From an uncultured Bacteroidales bacterium (GTDB lineage: Bacteria; Bacteroidota; Bacteroidia; Bacteroidales; Paludibacteraceae), in assembly GCA_903901975.1 (NCBI GenBank), contig CAIUTB010000003.1:31063-95062 (forward strand): 64,000 nt of DNA. The letters run 5' to 3'. This document shows, in pieces, positions 48,051 through 56,122 of this stretch (position 1 is the stretch's first letter; every line of letters begins with the position of its first letter). A model generated the notes under the pieces. It saw nothing but the letters and a program-made list of their open reading frames with translations. It had not been told where the DNA came from and searched no databases. A program made the position numbers and the translations under genes.

Positions 48051-48087
48051 ACTAGTTTATAGTTGGTAGTAAATAGTTTATAGTTAT

Positions 48088-48120
48088 AAAAAAATCCTGC
48101 TCGTTGTGAAGCAGGATTTT
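48088..48120 (-). terminator. attenuator terminator in the pheA leader
   Basis: The minus-strand RNA reads AAAAUCCUGCU-ucacaacg-AGCAGGAUUUUUUU, an 11-bp stem followed by a 7-U run. It ends 38 nt upstream of the pheA ATG. Confidence 0.7.
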
Positions 48121-48165
48121 CATGTATTTTCTATTGATTATAGTTTTGTTATTTACATAAAGGCT

Positions 48166-48178
48166 ATCCTGCTCTCAC
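48166..48178 (-). promoter_or_regulatory. antiterminator 5' segment of the pheA leader (GUGAGAGCAGGAU), overlapping the leader-peptide stop codon
   Basis: AGCAGGAU is an exact duplicate of the 3' arm of the terminator and is complementary to AUCCUGCU (48110-48117). GUGA is complementary to UCAC (48106-48109). Confidence 0.55.
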
Positions 48179-48228
48179 CTACTAAAGTAAAAGTAAAAAT
48201 AAAAGTATGTAAAAAATCGGTTTACCAT
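48175..48228 (-). CDS. Phe/Tyr-rich leader peptide MVNRFFTYFYFYFYFSR (17 aa)
   Basis: Translated by hand as ATG GTA AAC CGA TTT TTT ACA TAC TTT TAT TTT TAC TTT TAC TTT AGT AGG TGA. Ten of 11 consecutive codons are Phe or Tyr. It lies between a -7 box and the terminator, upstream of a Phe/aromatic biosynthesis operon. Confidence 0.6.
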   Translation of the reverse strand: MVNRFFTYFYFYFYFSR

Positions 48229-48254
48229 AAGAGTTGTCTTTTTCTTAGACGCTG

Positions 48255-48262
48255 CAAAAATA
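48255..48262 (-). promoter_or_regulatory. candidate -7 box TATTTTTG driving the pheA leader
   Basis: The minus strand reads AATACTATTTTTGCAG (48252-48267), a 16-mer identical to the one upstream of the TPR gene at 62042-62057. It lies about 27 nt upstream of the leader ATG. Confidence 0.45.
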
Positions 48263-48370
48263 GTATTATTTTCAACAAATACAACCATATTGTCAAGAAA
48301 AAGTTCAGAAAAATTTCAAATTAAAATTTATCAGACAAAAAATGTCCCAACAAATTGTTTTAGTTGAAAC

Positions 48371-48592
48371 TTATTCCAGGACAATTTTCTTTTTTCTGCC
48401 TGTTAAAATATAAATGATTGGCAGTATTCCAAGCGTATTCAAAAAGGCAATACAAATAAACCATATTACCTGTTTATTTCTGGCCGATTTCCACATAGCG
48501 ATTATTTTCCAGGTGAGATCCCAAAGCACCAACAAAAGAATCGGAATTTCGTAAGGTGCCATTTTCCAATGAAAATTTTCCAGATTATTCAT
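48371..48592 (-). CDS. small two-TM membrane protein (DUF5652-like)
   Basis: 73 aa. The pattern LLVLWDLTWKIIAMWKSARNKQVIWFICIAFLNTLGILPIIYIL resembles the DUF5652 / PLD-N-terminal-like small-protein pattern. Confidence 0.55.
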   Translation of the reverse strand: MNNLENFHWKMAPYEIPILLLVLWDLTWKIIAMWKSARNKQVIWFICIAFLNTLGILPIIYILTGRKKKIVLE

Positions 48593-48735
48593 AAAATTGG
48601 ATTTAAAGTGTGATTAATTGAAGATAACTTGCACTTCCAATAAATCGATAACCATTCACTGGAATTGACACCTCAAAATTACTTATTTTTATTTTAATCC
48701 AACATAATTAAAGAATTATTTCTTTAATTATTATG

Positions 48736-50574
48736 TTAAAGTTTTATGTTAACCCCGACATTGAAATTTATACCCGGCATTGGGTAGCCATAATTAATTT
48801 GATACTGTGTATTTGTAAGGTTACTGCCAACTACAAAAATTTCAAGTTGCTTCATTGGACGGGTTGAAAGACGTGCATTCAGCAGACAATAATCTGCTGT
48901 GCTTTCCATGACAGCTGCAAATGGATTGGTCGTGTTGAGGACGTATAGTTTTTCGATGTATTGAGCTGAAACATTCAGATTCCATATTTTATAGCTATAG
49001 TTAGCGCTAATATTCACTTGCTGACGTGGGGCAGCTACGACCGCTTTTGACAGATCTAAGTAGCTATAATTGGCATGAACGAAAAGGTTTTTACAAACCG
49101 CATATCTTGCCGAGAATTCAATTCCCTGATTATCGAACGAACCTACATTTTGTCGCATGGCCGGAAATGGAGGAACCACCACCTGAATTATGTTATTACC
49201 TTTTACTTTAAAAACAGTCAACTCAATGTTCAGGCGCTTATTCAGCAAGGATTGTAACCAACTGATTTCGTAATTAACCATTCGTTCGGGTTGCAAATTT
49301 GGATTGGGCGCATACAGATAAAGTTCCATAATGGTTGGGCTTCGAAAACCTTTTGAAACCGAAGCTTTGAAAGTTGTTTCGTCAGAGAAATTATATGTCA
49401 GACCGCCAATGGGAATCAATTCATTGCCAAATTTGGAATTGTTTTCCAGCCTCAATCCGGCACTTACTGTCAGTTTTTCGAACAAAGTTTGCTGTGCATA
49501 AGCATAAACTGCCATTTCAGTCAGATTGATAAGCGAATCGTGTTTAAAACCCTGATTGGCAATCCCACCATATTCTTTATAATCAATTCCGGCAGTTATA
49601 TTTGTTCCTGTAGTCAGTTTAAATGTTTGAAAAAGCATCGCACCGGTGTTGTGGTCAGTGGAGCGAAAACCATCCGACAAAATATGAGTCCCGAAATTGT
49701 GATAGAATTTGAATCCACCTTCTGATTTATCAAACTTATTATCCACGGCTAGCGAAGTCTTGCCACGGGTAACATCAATATTGAAAGGAATCGGTGTTGT
49801 AAGATAAATAGATCCGTTGTCGTTGGCATTGAATTTTGCCAGACTGAAATCGGCGGTAACATTAAATTTTTTGCTGAGTTCGTAGCCCATTTTTGCATAT
49901 CCGTTGGTGATATTAAAGTCCGTATTGGCACGAATACCGTCGGTTTGGTCGTGATTTACAGAAGCAAAGGCACTCAGTTTATCTTTTCTGTAACCAATCG
50001 TTCCAAAATACTTCTGTGTGTTGTAAGAGCCATAGGATCCGCCCAGATTAACTTTGAATCCTTCTTCCTTTTGCTTTTTGGTAATGATATTTATTACACC
50101 TGCCATGGCATTCGAACCATACAAAATCGAAGCCGGACCGCGAATAATCTCCAACTTTTCTATATCTGAACTTACATAAGCATCGGCTAGCGGATGACCG
50201 AAAATGCCCTGATATTGTGGATTACCGTCAATCAATACCAGTACATCCGTGTTTGGTGAACTGCTGATACCACGCATGGTGATTGCTCCGGATGCAGTAC
50301 CCGAAACTCCAAATCCAAGCATATTACGTTCGGTGACAAAAATTCCAGGTGTAAAGGTATTTAGTGCCGGAAGGATGTTCATCTGTCCGGTACTTTCTAT
50401 TTCCTGTTTCGAAATTTGTGAAACTGAAAGTGGAACTATCTTGCGTGATATTTCTGTTTTTGAACCGGTTATTACTATGTCGTTGAGTTGTATACTGTCT
50501 TTTTTAGTTGATTGGGCGAAAATTAATTTGGTCGTCATAACCAAAAGTAGAATTACGTGAAGTTTTTGTTTCAT
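48736..50574 (-). CDS. TonB-dependent outer-membrane receptor
   Basis: 612 aa. It has a signal peptide, a plug domain (DIVITGSKTE..., IEIIRGPASILYGSNAMAGVINIITK) and a beta-barrel with a C-terminal aromatic-rich strand. Confidence 0.9.
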   Translation of the reverse strand: MKQKLHVILLLVMTTKLIFAQSTKKDSIQLNDIVITGSKTEISRKIVPLSVSQISKQEIESTGQMNILPALNTFTPGIFVTERNMLGFGVSGTASGAITMRGISSSPNTDVLVLIDGNPQYQGIFGHPLADAYVSSDIEKLEIIRGPASILYGSNAMAGVINIITKKQKEEGFKVNLGGSYGSYNTQKYFGTIGYRKDKLSAFASVNHDQTDGIRANTDFNITNGYAKMGYELSKKFNVTADFSLAKFNANDNGSIYLTTPIPFNIDVTRGKTSLAVDNKFDKSEGGFKFYHNFGTHILSDGFRSTDHNTGAMLFQTFKLTTGTNITAGIDYKEYGGIANQGFKHDSLINLTEMAVYAYAQQTLFEKLTVSAGLRLENNSKFGNELIPIGGLTYNFSDETTFKASVSKGFRSPTIMELYLYAPNPNLQPERMVNYEISWLQSLLNKRLNIELTVFKVKGNNIIQVVVPPFPAMRQNVGSFDNQGIEFSARYAVCKNLFVHANYSYLDLSKAVVAAPRQQVNISANYSYKIWNLNVSAQYIEKLYVLNTTNPFAAVMESTADYCLLNARLSTRPMKQLEIFVVGSNLTNTQYQINYGYPMPGINFNVGVNIKL

Positions 50575-50646
50575 CTGTTTATTATTGTTTTATTATTAAG
50601 TCGTGTTATTCTATTATAAAATCGTGTTACTTTATGGGCAAAAAAA

Positions 50647-51048
50647 TTAATCCACTTTGCTCATAATTAATTTACCGTGTTCTATGCCTTTAATACTTAT
50701 CAGTGCTTCTGAAAGTTCGGTAAGCTTGTGTGAAGGACCTTTTACAGCAATAATTTCGAGCGCTTTTTCGGCTGAGATATAAAAATTCTGAGCTGAAAGA
50801 ATTTCATTGATTGCATTTTTCTTAATCTCTGAAATTTTTACCTGAACCTCATTTTTGTTGTAATTATAAGTGAGAATAATTGCACCTGCAACAATATTGT
50901 TGCATTTCCACTTTTGTTCAACAATATTTTTCTCAATCAAATGGCGAATGGCTTGCGATCTGTTCGGAAATTTATTTTCCTGAACAAACACATCAAGGGC
51001 TTCAAGCAAGTCATTTTCAAGCGAAACTCCAAATCTGGCTACCGGCAT
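50647..51048 (-). CDS. NikR-like ribbon-helix-helix regulator with non-canonical C-terminal domain
   Basis: 133 aa. The N-terminus (RFGVSLENDLLEALD...NRSQAIRHLI) matches the NikR/CopG RHH fold. The C-terminal ACT-like domain aligns to NikR (LEIIAVKG, IKGIEHGKL) but lacks the Ni ligands. Confidence 0.8.
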   Translation of the reverse strand: MPVARFGVSLENDLLEALDVFVQENKFPNRSQAIRHLIEKNIVEQKWKCNNIVAGAIILTYNYNKNEVQVKISEIKKNAINEILSAQNFYISAEKALEIIAVKGPSHKLTELSEALISIKGIEHGKLIMSKVD

Positions 51049-51076
51049 CGTGTTACTTTTATTTATAATAGTGGCA

Positions 51077-51084
51077 CAAAATTA
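51077..51084 (-). promoter_or_regulatory. candidate -7 box TAATTTTG for the nikR-like/TBDR operon
   Basis: The plus strand reads CAAAATTA, about 29 nt upstream of the ATG at 51048. Confidence 0.35.
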
Positions 51085-51257
51085 CGAAAATAGTTGTAAA
51101 TTTCTATACATTTTGTTGGGTTTGATATTGATTTTATGAAATATAATGTAAATTGTTGGCGTAAACGGAAATTATTTTGATATTTTTATGGATAAATAAT
51201 TTACAATAAGACATATTTTTATTACTTTTACGGGCCATAAAAATAATCGTTAATCCA

Positions 51258-52079
51258 ATGAATAAAATTCTCAGTAAAGAGTATTTCTCTGCTAATGTTG
51301 TAAAATTTGAAGTGGAAGCACCATTGATTGCCAAAGCCAGAAAAGCCGGTCATTTTGTTATCTTAAAGGTTGGAGCTAAAGGTGAACGTATTCCGCTTAC
51401 CATTGCCGATGCTGATTTGCAAAAAGGAACTATTACGCTTGTTATACAAAAGATGGGCGTTTCGTCTTCAAAACTTTGTGCGCTCGAAGCAGGTGATTAT
51501 ATAACTGATATGGTAGGACCTTTGGGCAGAGCCACTCATATTGAGAATTTCGGAACAGTTATTTGTGCTTGCGGTGGAGTTGGAACAGCGCCAATGATGC
51601 CGATTGTAGCTGCGTTGAAACAAGCTGGTAATCGTGTGATAACTGTTTTGGCTGCACGCAACAAGGATTTAATTATTCTGGAAGAACAAATGCGTAATTT
51701 GTCTGACGAAGTTATTGTTATGACAGACGATGGTTCGTACGGAACACAGGGTTTAGTGACTAATGGAGTTGAATCGGTGATTAACCGGGAAAAAGTGGAT
51801 TTGTGTGTAACCATTGGACCGGCTATCATGATGAAATTTGTAAGCATTCTGACTAAAAAATACGAAGTACCAACCCTGGCTTCGCTCAATACGATTATGG
51901 TCGATGGGACTGGTATGTGCGGTGCCTGTCGTGTAAGCGTTGGTGGAAAAACAAAGTTTGTGTGTGTAGATGGTCCTGAATTTGATGCTCATCAGGTTGA
52001 TTTTGATGAAATGCTGATGCGCTTGGGTGGATACCGTGACATTGAACGTGAAGAAATGGCAGAATATAGTAAACGCTAG
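51258..52079 (+). CDS. FAD/NAD(P)-binding ferredoxin-reductase-type subunit with [2Fe-2S] site (NfnA / SudB-like)
   Basis: 273 aa with an FNR-like fold (GHFVILK, GGVGTAP) and the C-terminal cluster motif DGTGMCGACRV...C.DGP. Confidence 0.85.
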   Translation: MNKILSKEYFSANVVKFEVEAPLIAKARKAGHFVILKVGAKGERIPLTIADADLQKGTITLVIQKMGVSSSKLCALEAGDYITDMVGPLGRATHIENFGTVICACGGVGTAPMMPIVAALKQAGNRVITVLAARNKDLIILEEQMRNLSDEVIVMTDDGSYGTQGLVTNGVESVINREKVDLCVTIGPAIMMKFVSILTKKYEVPTLASLNTIMVDGTGMCGACRVSVGGKTKFVCVDGPEFDAHQVDFDEMLMRLGGYRDIEREEMAEYSKR

Positions 52080-52163
52080 GCAGTTGCAGTAGGCTGTTCG
52101 GGATTTTCCAATCAACCTAATCACCCAATTACCCAATCATCTAATCAACCGAAAAAAACATAT

Positions 52164-53627
52164 ATGACAATTATAGAAGAAAGAGCAGAACAATGGCGTG
52201 CTGATTTACGCGGATCCATGAAAGCCAAAGAACGTACTGATATTCCCCGTGTTCACATGCCCGAGCTGGATGCTGAATACCGTAGTCACAGCCGTTTAGA
52301 AGAAGTAAACCTCGGTCTAACTGCCGAAATGGCTATGTTGGAAGCTAAACGCTGCCTCGATTGTGCTAACCCGACTTGCATGGAAGGCTGTCCGGTGGGG
52401 ATTTATATTCCTAAATTTGTAAAACATATCGAAAAAGGAGAATTTCTGGAAGCTGCTAAAACCTTGAAAGAAACTTCCGCTTTACCAGCAGTTTGCGGAC
52501 GTGTTTGCCCTCAGGAAAAACAATGTGAAGAACGTTGTATTCACCTGAAAATGAAAAAAGAATCAGTCGCTATTGGTCATTTGGAACGTTTTGCTGCCGA
52601 TTATGAGCGTGAAAGTGGAAATATCTCAGTTCCGGAAGTTGCTACCGCTAATAATATTAAAATTGCTGCTGTAGGTTCAGGGCCTGCAGGACTTGCTTTT
52701 GCAGGTGATATGGCTAAACTGGGGTACGAAGTAGTAGTATTCGAAGCCTTACACGAAATTGGAGGTGTGTTAAAATACGGTATTCCTGAATTCCGTTTAC
52801 CGAATGAAATTGTGGATGTAGAAATCCAAAATCTTCAGGCAATGGGGGTTCATTTTGTTACAAATTGCGTAGTGGGTAAAACCATTTCAATACAGGATTT
52901 GGAAGACGATGGTTATAAAGGAATTTTTGTAGCCAGTGGTGCGGGACTTCCCCGATTTATGAATATCAAAGGTGAGAATCTGGTAGGTGTAATGTCATCG
53001 AATGAATACCTAACCCGTGTTAACCTAATGGATGCTGCCAGTGAAGATTCTGACACTCCGGTTTTCAAAGGCAAGAAAGTAGCCATTATTGGTGGTGGAA
53101 ATACGGCTATGGACTCTGTTCGTACGGCACGCCGATTGGGAGCTGATCGTGCTATGATTGTATATCGCCGTTCTGAAAGTGAAATGCCAGCCCGACTGGA
53201 AGAAGTGAAACACGCCAAAGAAGAAGGAATTGAATTCTGGACATTACATAATCCGATTGAATACATAGGAAACGAACAAGGGCGAGTAACACACATGCTC
53301 TTGCAGGTAATGACACTGGGCGAACCCGATGAATCAGGTCGTCGCTCACCCATTGAAATCCCCGGAAAAACAGAACTGGTGGAAGTTGACGAAGTGGTGG
53401 TAAGTGTTGGCGTTTCGCCAAATCCGCTCATTCCGCAGTCGGTTCAGGGGTTGGAAGTTACCAAATGGGGAACTGTAGTAGTCAATAACGATACAATGCA
53501 ATCAGCTGTGCCAATTATCTTTGCCGGTGGTGATATTGTTCGTGGTGGCGCAACGGTAATCCTTGCTATGGGCGATGGTCGTAAGGCTGCAAAGGCTATG
53601 GACGAATGGATTAATTCGAAGAAGTAG
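52164..53627 (+). CDS. NADPH-dependent glutamate-synthase small-chain-like oxidoreductase (NfnB / GltD family)
   Basis: 487 aa. It has two Fe-S cysteine motifs (C..C....C..GCP; CGRVCP....C...C) and two dinucleotide folds (VGSGPAGL, IIGGGNTAMD). Confidence 0.9.
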   Translation: MTIIEERAEQWRADLRGSMKAKERTDIPRVHMPELDAEYRSHSRLEEVNLGLTAEMAMLEAKRCLDCANPTCMEGCPVGIYIPKFVKHIEKGEFLEAAKTLKETSALPAVCGRVCPQEKQCEERCIHLKMKKESVAIGHLERFAADYERESGNISVPEVATANNIKIAAVGSGPAGLAFAGDMAKLGYEVVVFEALHEIGGVLKYGIPEFRLPNEIVDVEIQNLQAMGVHFVTNCVVGKTISIQDLEDDGYKGIFVASGAGLPRFMNIKGENLVGVMSSNEYLTRVNLMDAASEDSDTPVFKGKKVAIIGGGNTAMDSVRTARRLGADRAMIVYRRSESEMPARLEEVKHAKEEGIEFWTLHNPIEYIGNEQGRVTHMLLQVMTLGEPDESGRRSPIEIPGKTELVEVDEVVVSVGVSPNPLIPQSVQGLEVTKWGTVVVNNDTMQSAVPIIFAGGDIVRGGATVILAMGDGRKAAKAMDEWINSKK

Positions 53628-53660
53628 GCAGTAGCAGTTGGCAGTTTATAGTTTATAAAA

Positions 53661-53691
53661 ATGCGTTTCCCAGTTCGGGAGGCGCATTTTT
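53661..53691 (+). terminator. intrinsic terminator after the nfnB/gltD-like gene
   Basis: ATGCGTTTCCC-agttc-GGGAGGCGCAT is followed by TTTTT. Confidence 0.75.
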
Positions 53692-53703
53692 GTTCTAAGC
53701 CAA

Positions 53704-53736
53704 ATCGACCCCGTCGCTTCGAGCGACGGGGTCGAT
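53704..53736. repeat. GC-rich hairpin sharing its stem with the terminator at 5970-6004
   Basis: ATCGACCCCGTCGC-ttcga-GCGACGGGGTCGAT has the core CGACCCCGTCG / CGACGGGGTCG, identical to the core at 5973-5983 / 5991-6001. Confidence 0.65.
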
Positions 53737-53757
53737 AAAAGATATAAGATAAGATCT

Positions 53758-55881
53758 TTATTGTATATTCAATTCATTAATCAGTCGGGTAGCACCGCCC
53801 ACTTTATCCATAATAAACAGAATATAGCGTACATCCACATTGATGGTGCGTTGCAGGTTGGGTTCAAAAATAATATCGCCACTCATAGCTTCCCAGTTCC
53901 CATCAAAAGCCAACCCCAGCAATTCGCCTTTGGCATTGAAAATGGGACTGCCGGAATTTCCTCCGGTAATATCGTTGTTGCTGAGAAATGCAACATGCAT
54001 TTCGCCCGTTCTTTTATCTAAGTATGCACCGTAGTTATTTGTCTCAATCGCAGTTTTGAGTTTTTCGGGAACTGTGAACTCCTCATCGCCCGCAATTTCC
54101 TTTTGCAAAATACCTTTGGTAGTGGTATAGTACTTATAATCTGTAGCGTCGGCACCATTGTAACCGCCTACTTTTCCGTAAGTCAGACGCATAGTGGAGT
54201 TAGCATCGGGGTACATGGGTTTGCCAGTTTCGGCAGTCATAGCTTTAATTCCACTTTCGTACAAGCGTTCAGCATCGTGAATCCGGTCGGAAAGTTTATC
54301 GTATTCAACTCCACGAATTGTTTCCATTGTCTTTCTTACTTCCTGAGCAAAAAATACAGCCGGATCTTTCGAAAAATCAGTTTTTTTGTGCTCAATAACT
54401 TTGGTTATTTTCTCCAAACTTGTAAAATCAGATTTCTCATACACAAATCGAGCGTAGTTGGCATTATTGCCTTTGAATTTTTTCTGAATCTCGGTATAGA
54501 GTTCAGGAAGTGCATCGGCATCCACCGATTTTTTATAGACTTCCAGCATAGCGACCATAGTGGCCTGATCTACAACCGGATAATAATCCTTGTAGCTTTC
54601 CTTAAGCTGAATCATAAGCGAGTCCTTTGGCATATTCCTTTTGATAAGTTTGCTAATCTGCGAGGCAATGCGTGGCATTTCAACTCCACCTGAGAGAGAT
54701 TCCATCAGATAATTGGCTGCTTTGCTGTAAGGGTAAATGCTGGTATAAGCTTCATCGAGAGTTTTCAACACATTGCCATATTTTGCTTTACGTTCGGGAT
54801 TTGCATTTACCCATTTGCTAAAAGCTTTCTCCTGTTCTTGTTTCTGAGCAATAACGTTTAATTTGCCAATGGCTCTATTCATTCCAATGCTGTTCTTCCA
54901 ATAGTTAGCACTACGGGCAAATTTACTGGCATAGGCTAAATTAACAGCTTCATCCACTCGCATAAACGAATGCCACACATCCTGCTTTGCACCACGCACA
55001 TCGATGCGTGCCTGATTGGTGTTTTTCATGCGGTTATTCACACCCCAAGATGACAAATAGCGGGTTGTGGTTCCGGGATTTCCTAAAATCATGCTGTAAT
55101 CGCCGGGTTGGTATCCTTTGTTGGAGATGCTGGCAAAACGTTTGGGCGAAAAAGCTATATTGTTTTTGGAGTATTTGGCAGGTTTTCCAACTGAATCACT
55201 GTAAACTCTGAAAACTGAAAAGTCGCCGGTATGACGTGGCCACATCCAGTTATCGGTTTCGCCTCCGAACTTACCAATCGCAACGGGTGGTGTAAATGCC
55301 AATCGAATATCGCTATATTCCTGATAAACGAAAAGGTAAAACTCATTTCCTGAATAGAACGAGCGAACCCGTGCCGAAAAACCGTCTTTTTTTGAAACTT
55401 GTTTTTGAATTACTTTAGAAAGTGAATCTATTTTGTCAGTCCGTTTCGTTCCCAGGAGTGTATCGGGAAGTTGAGAAACAATGCGTTCGGTTACATCTTC
55501 AATTCTTGATAGAAACTTCACCGACAAGCCCTGACAAGGGATTTCATCCGATTGTTTTTCAGCTGTAAATCCATTTTTCAGGTAATTATGATCCATTGTG
55601 CTTTGTTTCTGAATGGCATCATACCCGCAATGGTGATTGGTAAATACGAGTCCTTGCGACGAAACCATAACACCGGTACAGCCATTCCCGAAAATTATCA
55701 CGGCATCTTTCAGACTTACATTTTTATCGCTGTAAATCTCATCAGCAGTTAGTGATAAATCCATACCATTCATTTTCTGGATGTTAAGTTTTTGAATCAG
55801 TGGCAACATCCACATACCTTCGTCGGCTTTTAATCCGGCAAATAAGCTGAGTGAAAGCAAAATAACAATTAGTTTTCTCAT
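53758..55881 (-). CDS. S46-family dipeptidyl-peptidase (DPP7/DPP11-like)
   Basis: 707 aa. A signal peptide is followed by DEGMW. The catalytic His is in FTNHHCG and the catalytic Ser in GGNSGSP. Confidence 0.9.
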   Translation of the reverse strand: MRKLIVILLSLSLFAGLKADEGMWMLPLIQKLNIQKMNGMDLSLTADEIYSDKNVSLKDAVIIFGNGCTGVMVSSQGLVFTNHHCGYDAIQKQSTMDHNYLKNGFTAEKQSDEIPCQGLSVKFLSRIEDVTERIVSQLPDTLLGTKRTDKIDSLSKVIQKQVSKKDGFSARVRSFYSGNEFYLFVYQEYSDIRLAFTPPVAIGKFGGETDNWMWPRHTGDFSVFRVYSDSVGKPAKYSKNNIAFSPKRFASISNKGYQPGDYSMILGNPGTTTRYLSSWGVNNRMKNTNQARIDVRGAKQDVWHSFMRVDEAVNLAYASKFARSANYWKNSIGMNRAIGKLNVIAQKQEQEKAFSKWVNANPERKAKYGNVLKTLDEAYTSIYPYSKAANYLMESLSGGVEMPRIASQISKLIKRNMPKDSLMIQLKESYKDYYPVVDQATMVAMLEVYKKSVDADALPELYTEIQKKFKGNNANYARFVYEKSDFTSLEKITKVIEHKKTDFSKDPAVFFAQEVRKTMETIRGVEYDKLSDRIHDAERLYESGIKAMTAETGKPMYPDANSTMRLTYGKVGGYNGADATDYKYYTTTKGILQKEIAGDEEFTVPEKLKTAIETNNYGAYLDKRTGEMHVAFLSNNDITGGNSGSPIFNAKGELLGLAFDGNWEAMSGDIIFEPNLQRTINVDVRYILFIMDKVGGATRLINELNIQ

Positions 55882-56043
55882 TTTTGATTAAAAATATTAA
55901 TGCCCTGTTTTAAGTTGGCAGGGCAGATTATAAATTTGAATATTAATACAGGACAAATGTAAGAAATTAATTTTGAAAATGAATAAAATTGGTTAATAGA
56001 TACAGTAATCTTAAAAAAAATTACTGCATACTTCGCAAAGAAA

Positions 56044-56092
56044 TAAAAAAAAGAGAACCGCAAAGGATGAATTAATATCCTTTGCGGTTCTC
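56044..56092 (-). terminator. intrinsic terminator after the porin-like gene
   Basis: GAGAACCGCAAAGGAT-gaattaat-ATCCTTTGCGGTTCTC is followed on the minus strand by a run of T (the plus-strand A-run at 56044-56052). Confidence 0.8.
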
Positions 56093-56122
56093 AGTGTAAA
56101 CCTTGTTTTCTACACGTTTATT

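Noticed and set aside
48106-48324. 72-aa plus-strand ORF (MKQDFHVFSIDY...KKKFRKISN) in the pheA upstream gap
   Set aside because: It is Lys-rich and low-complexity, has a non-ATG start, no recognisable domain and no promoter motif. It lies antisense to a far better supported leader peptide and attenuator on the minus strand.
52913-53431. Long antisense ORFs inside well-supported genes (for example 52913-53431, 54103-54693, 23792-24304, 46253-46798, 7469-7966, 17030-17455)
   Set aside because: All lie opposite conserved enzymes with clear motifs. They have biased or low-complexity translations and no independent signals.
55878-56063. 61-aa minus-strand ORF (MRFSFFYFFAKY...) overlapping the S46 peptidase start by 4 nt
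   Set aside because: Its TTG start lies inside the terminator hairpin of the upstream gene. The Phe-rich composition simply reflects T-rich intergenic DNA, and no Phe-pathway context or alternative hairpins are present.
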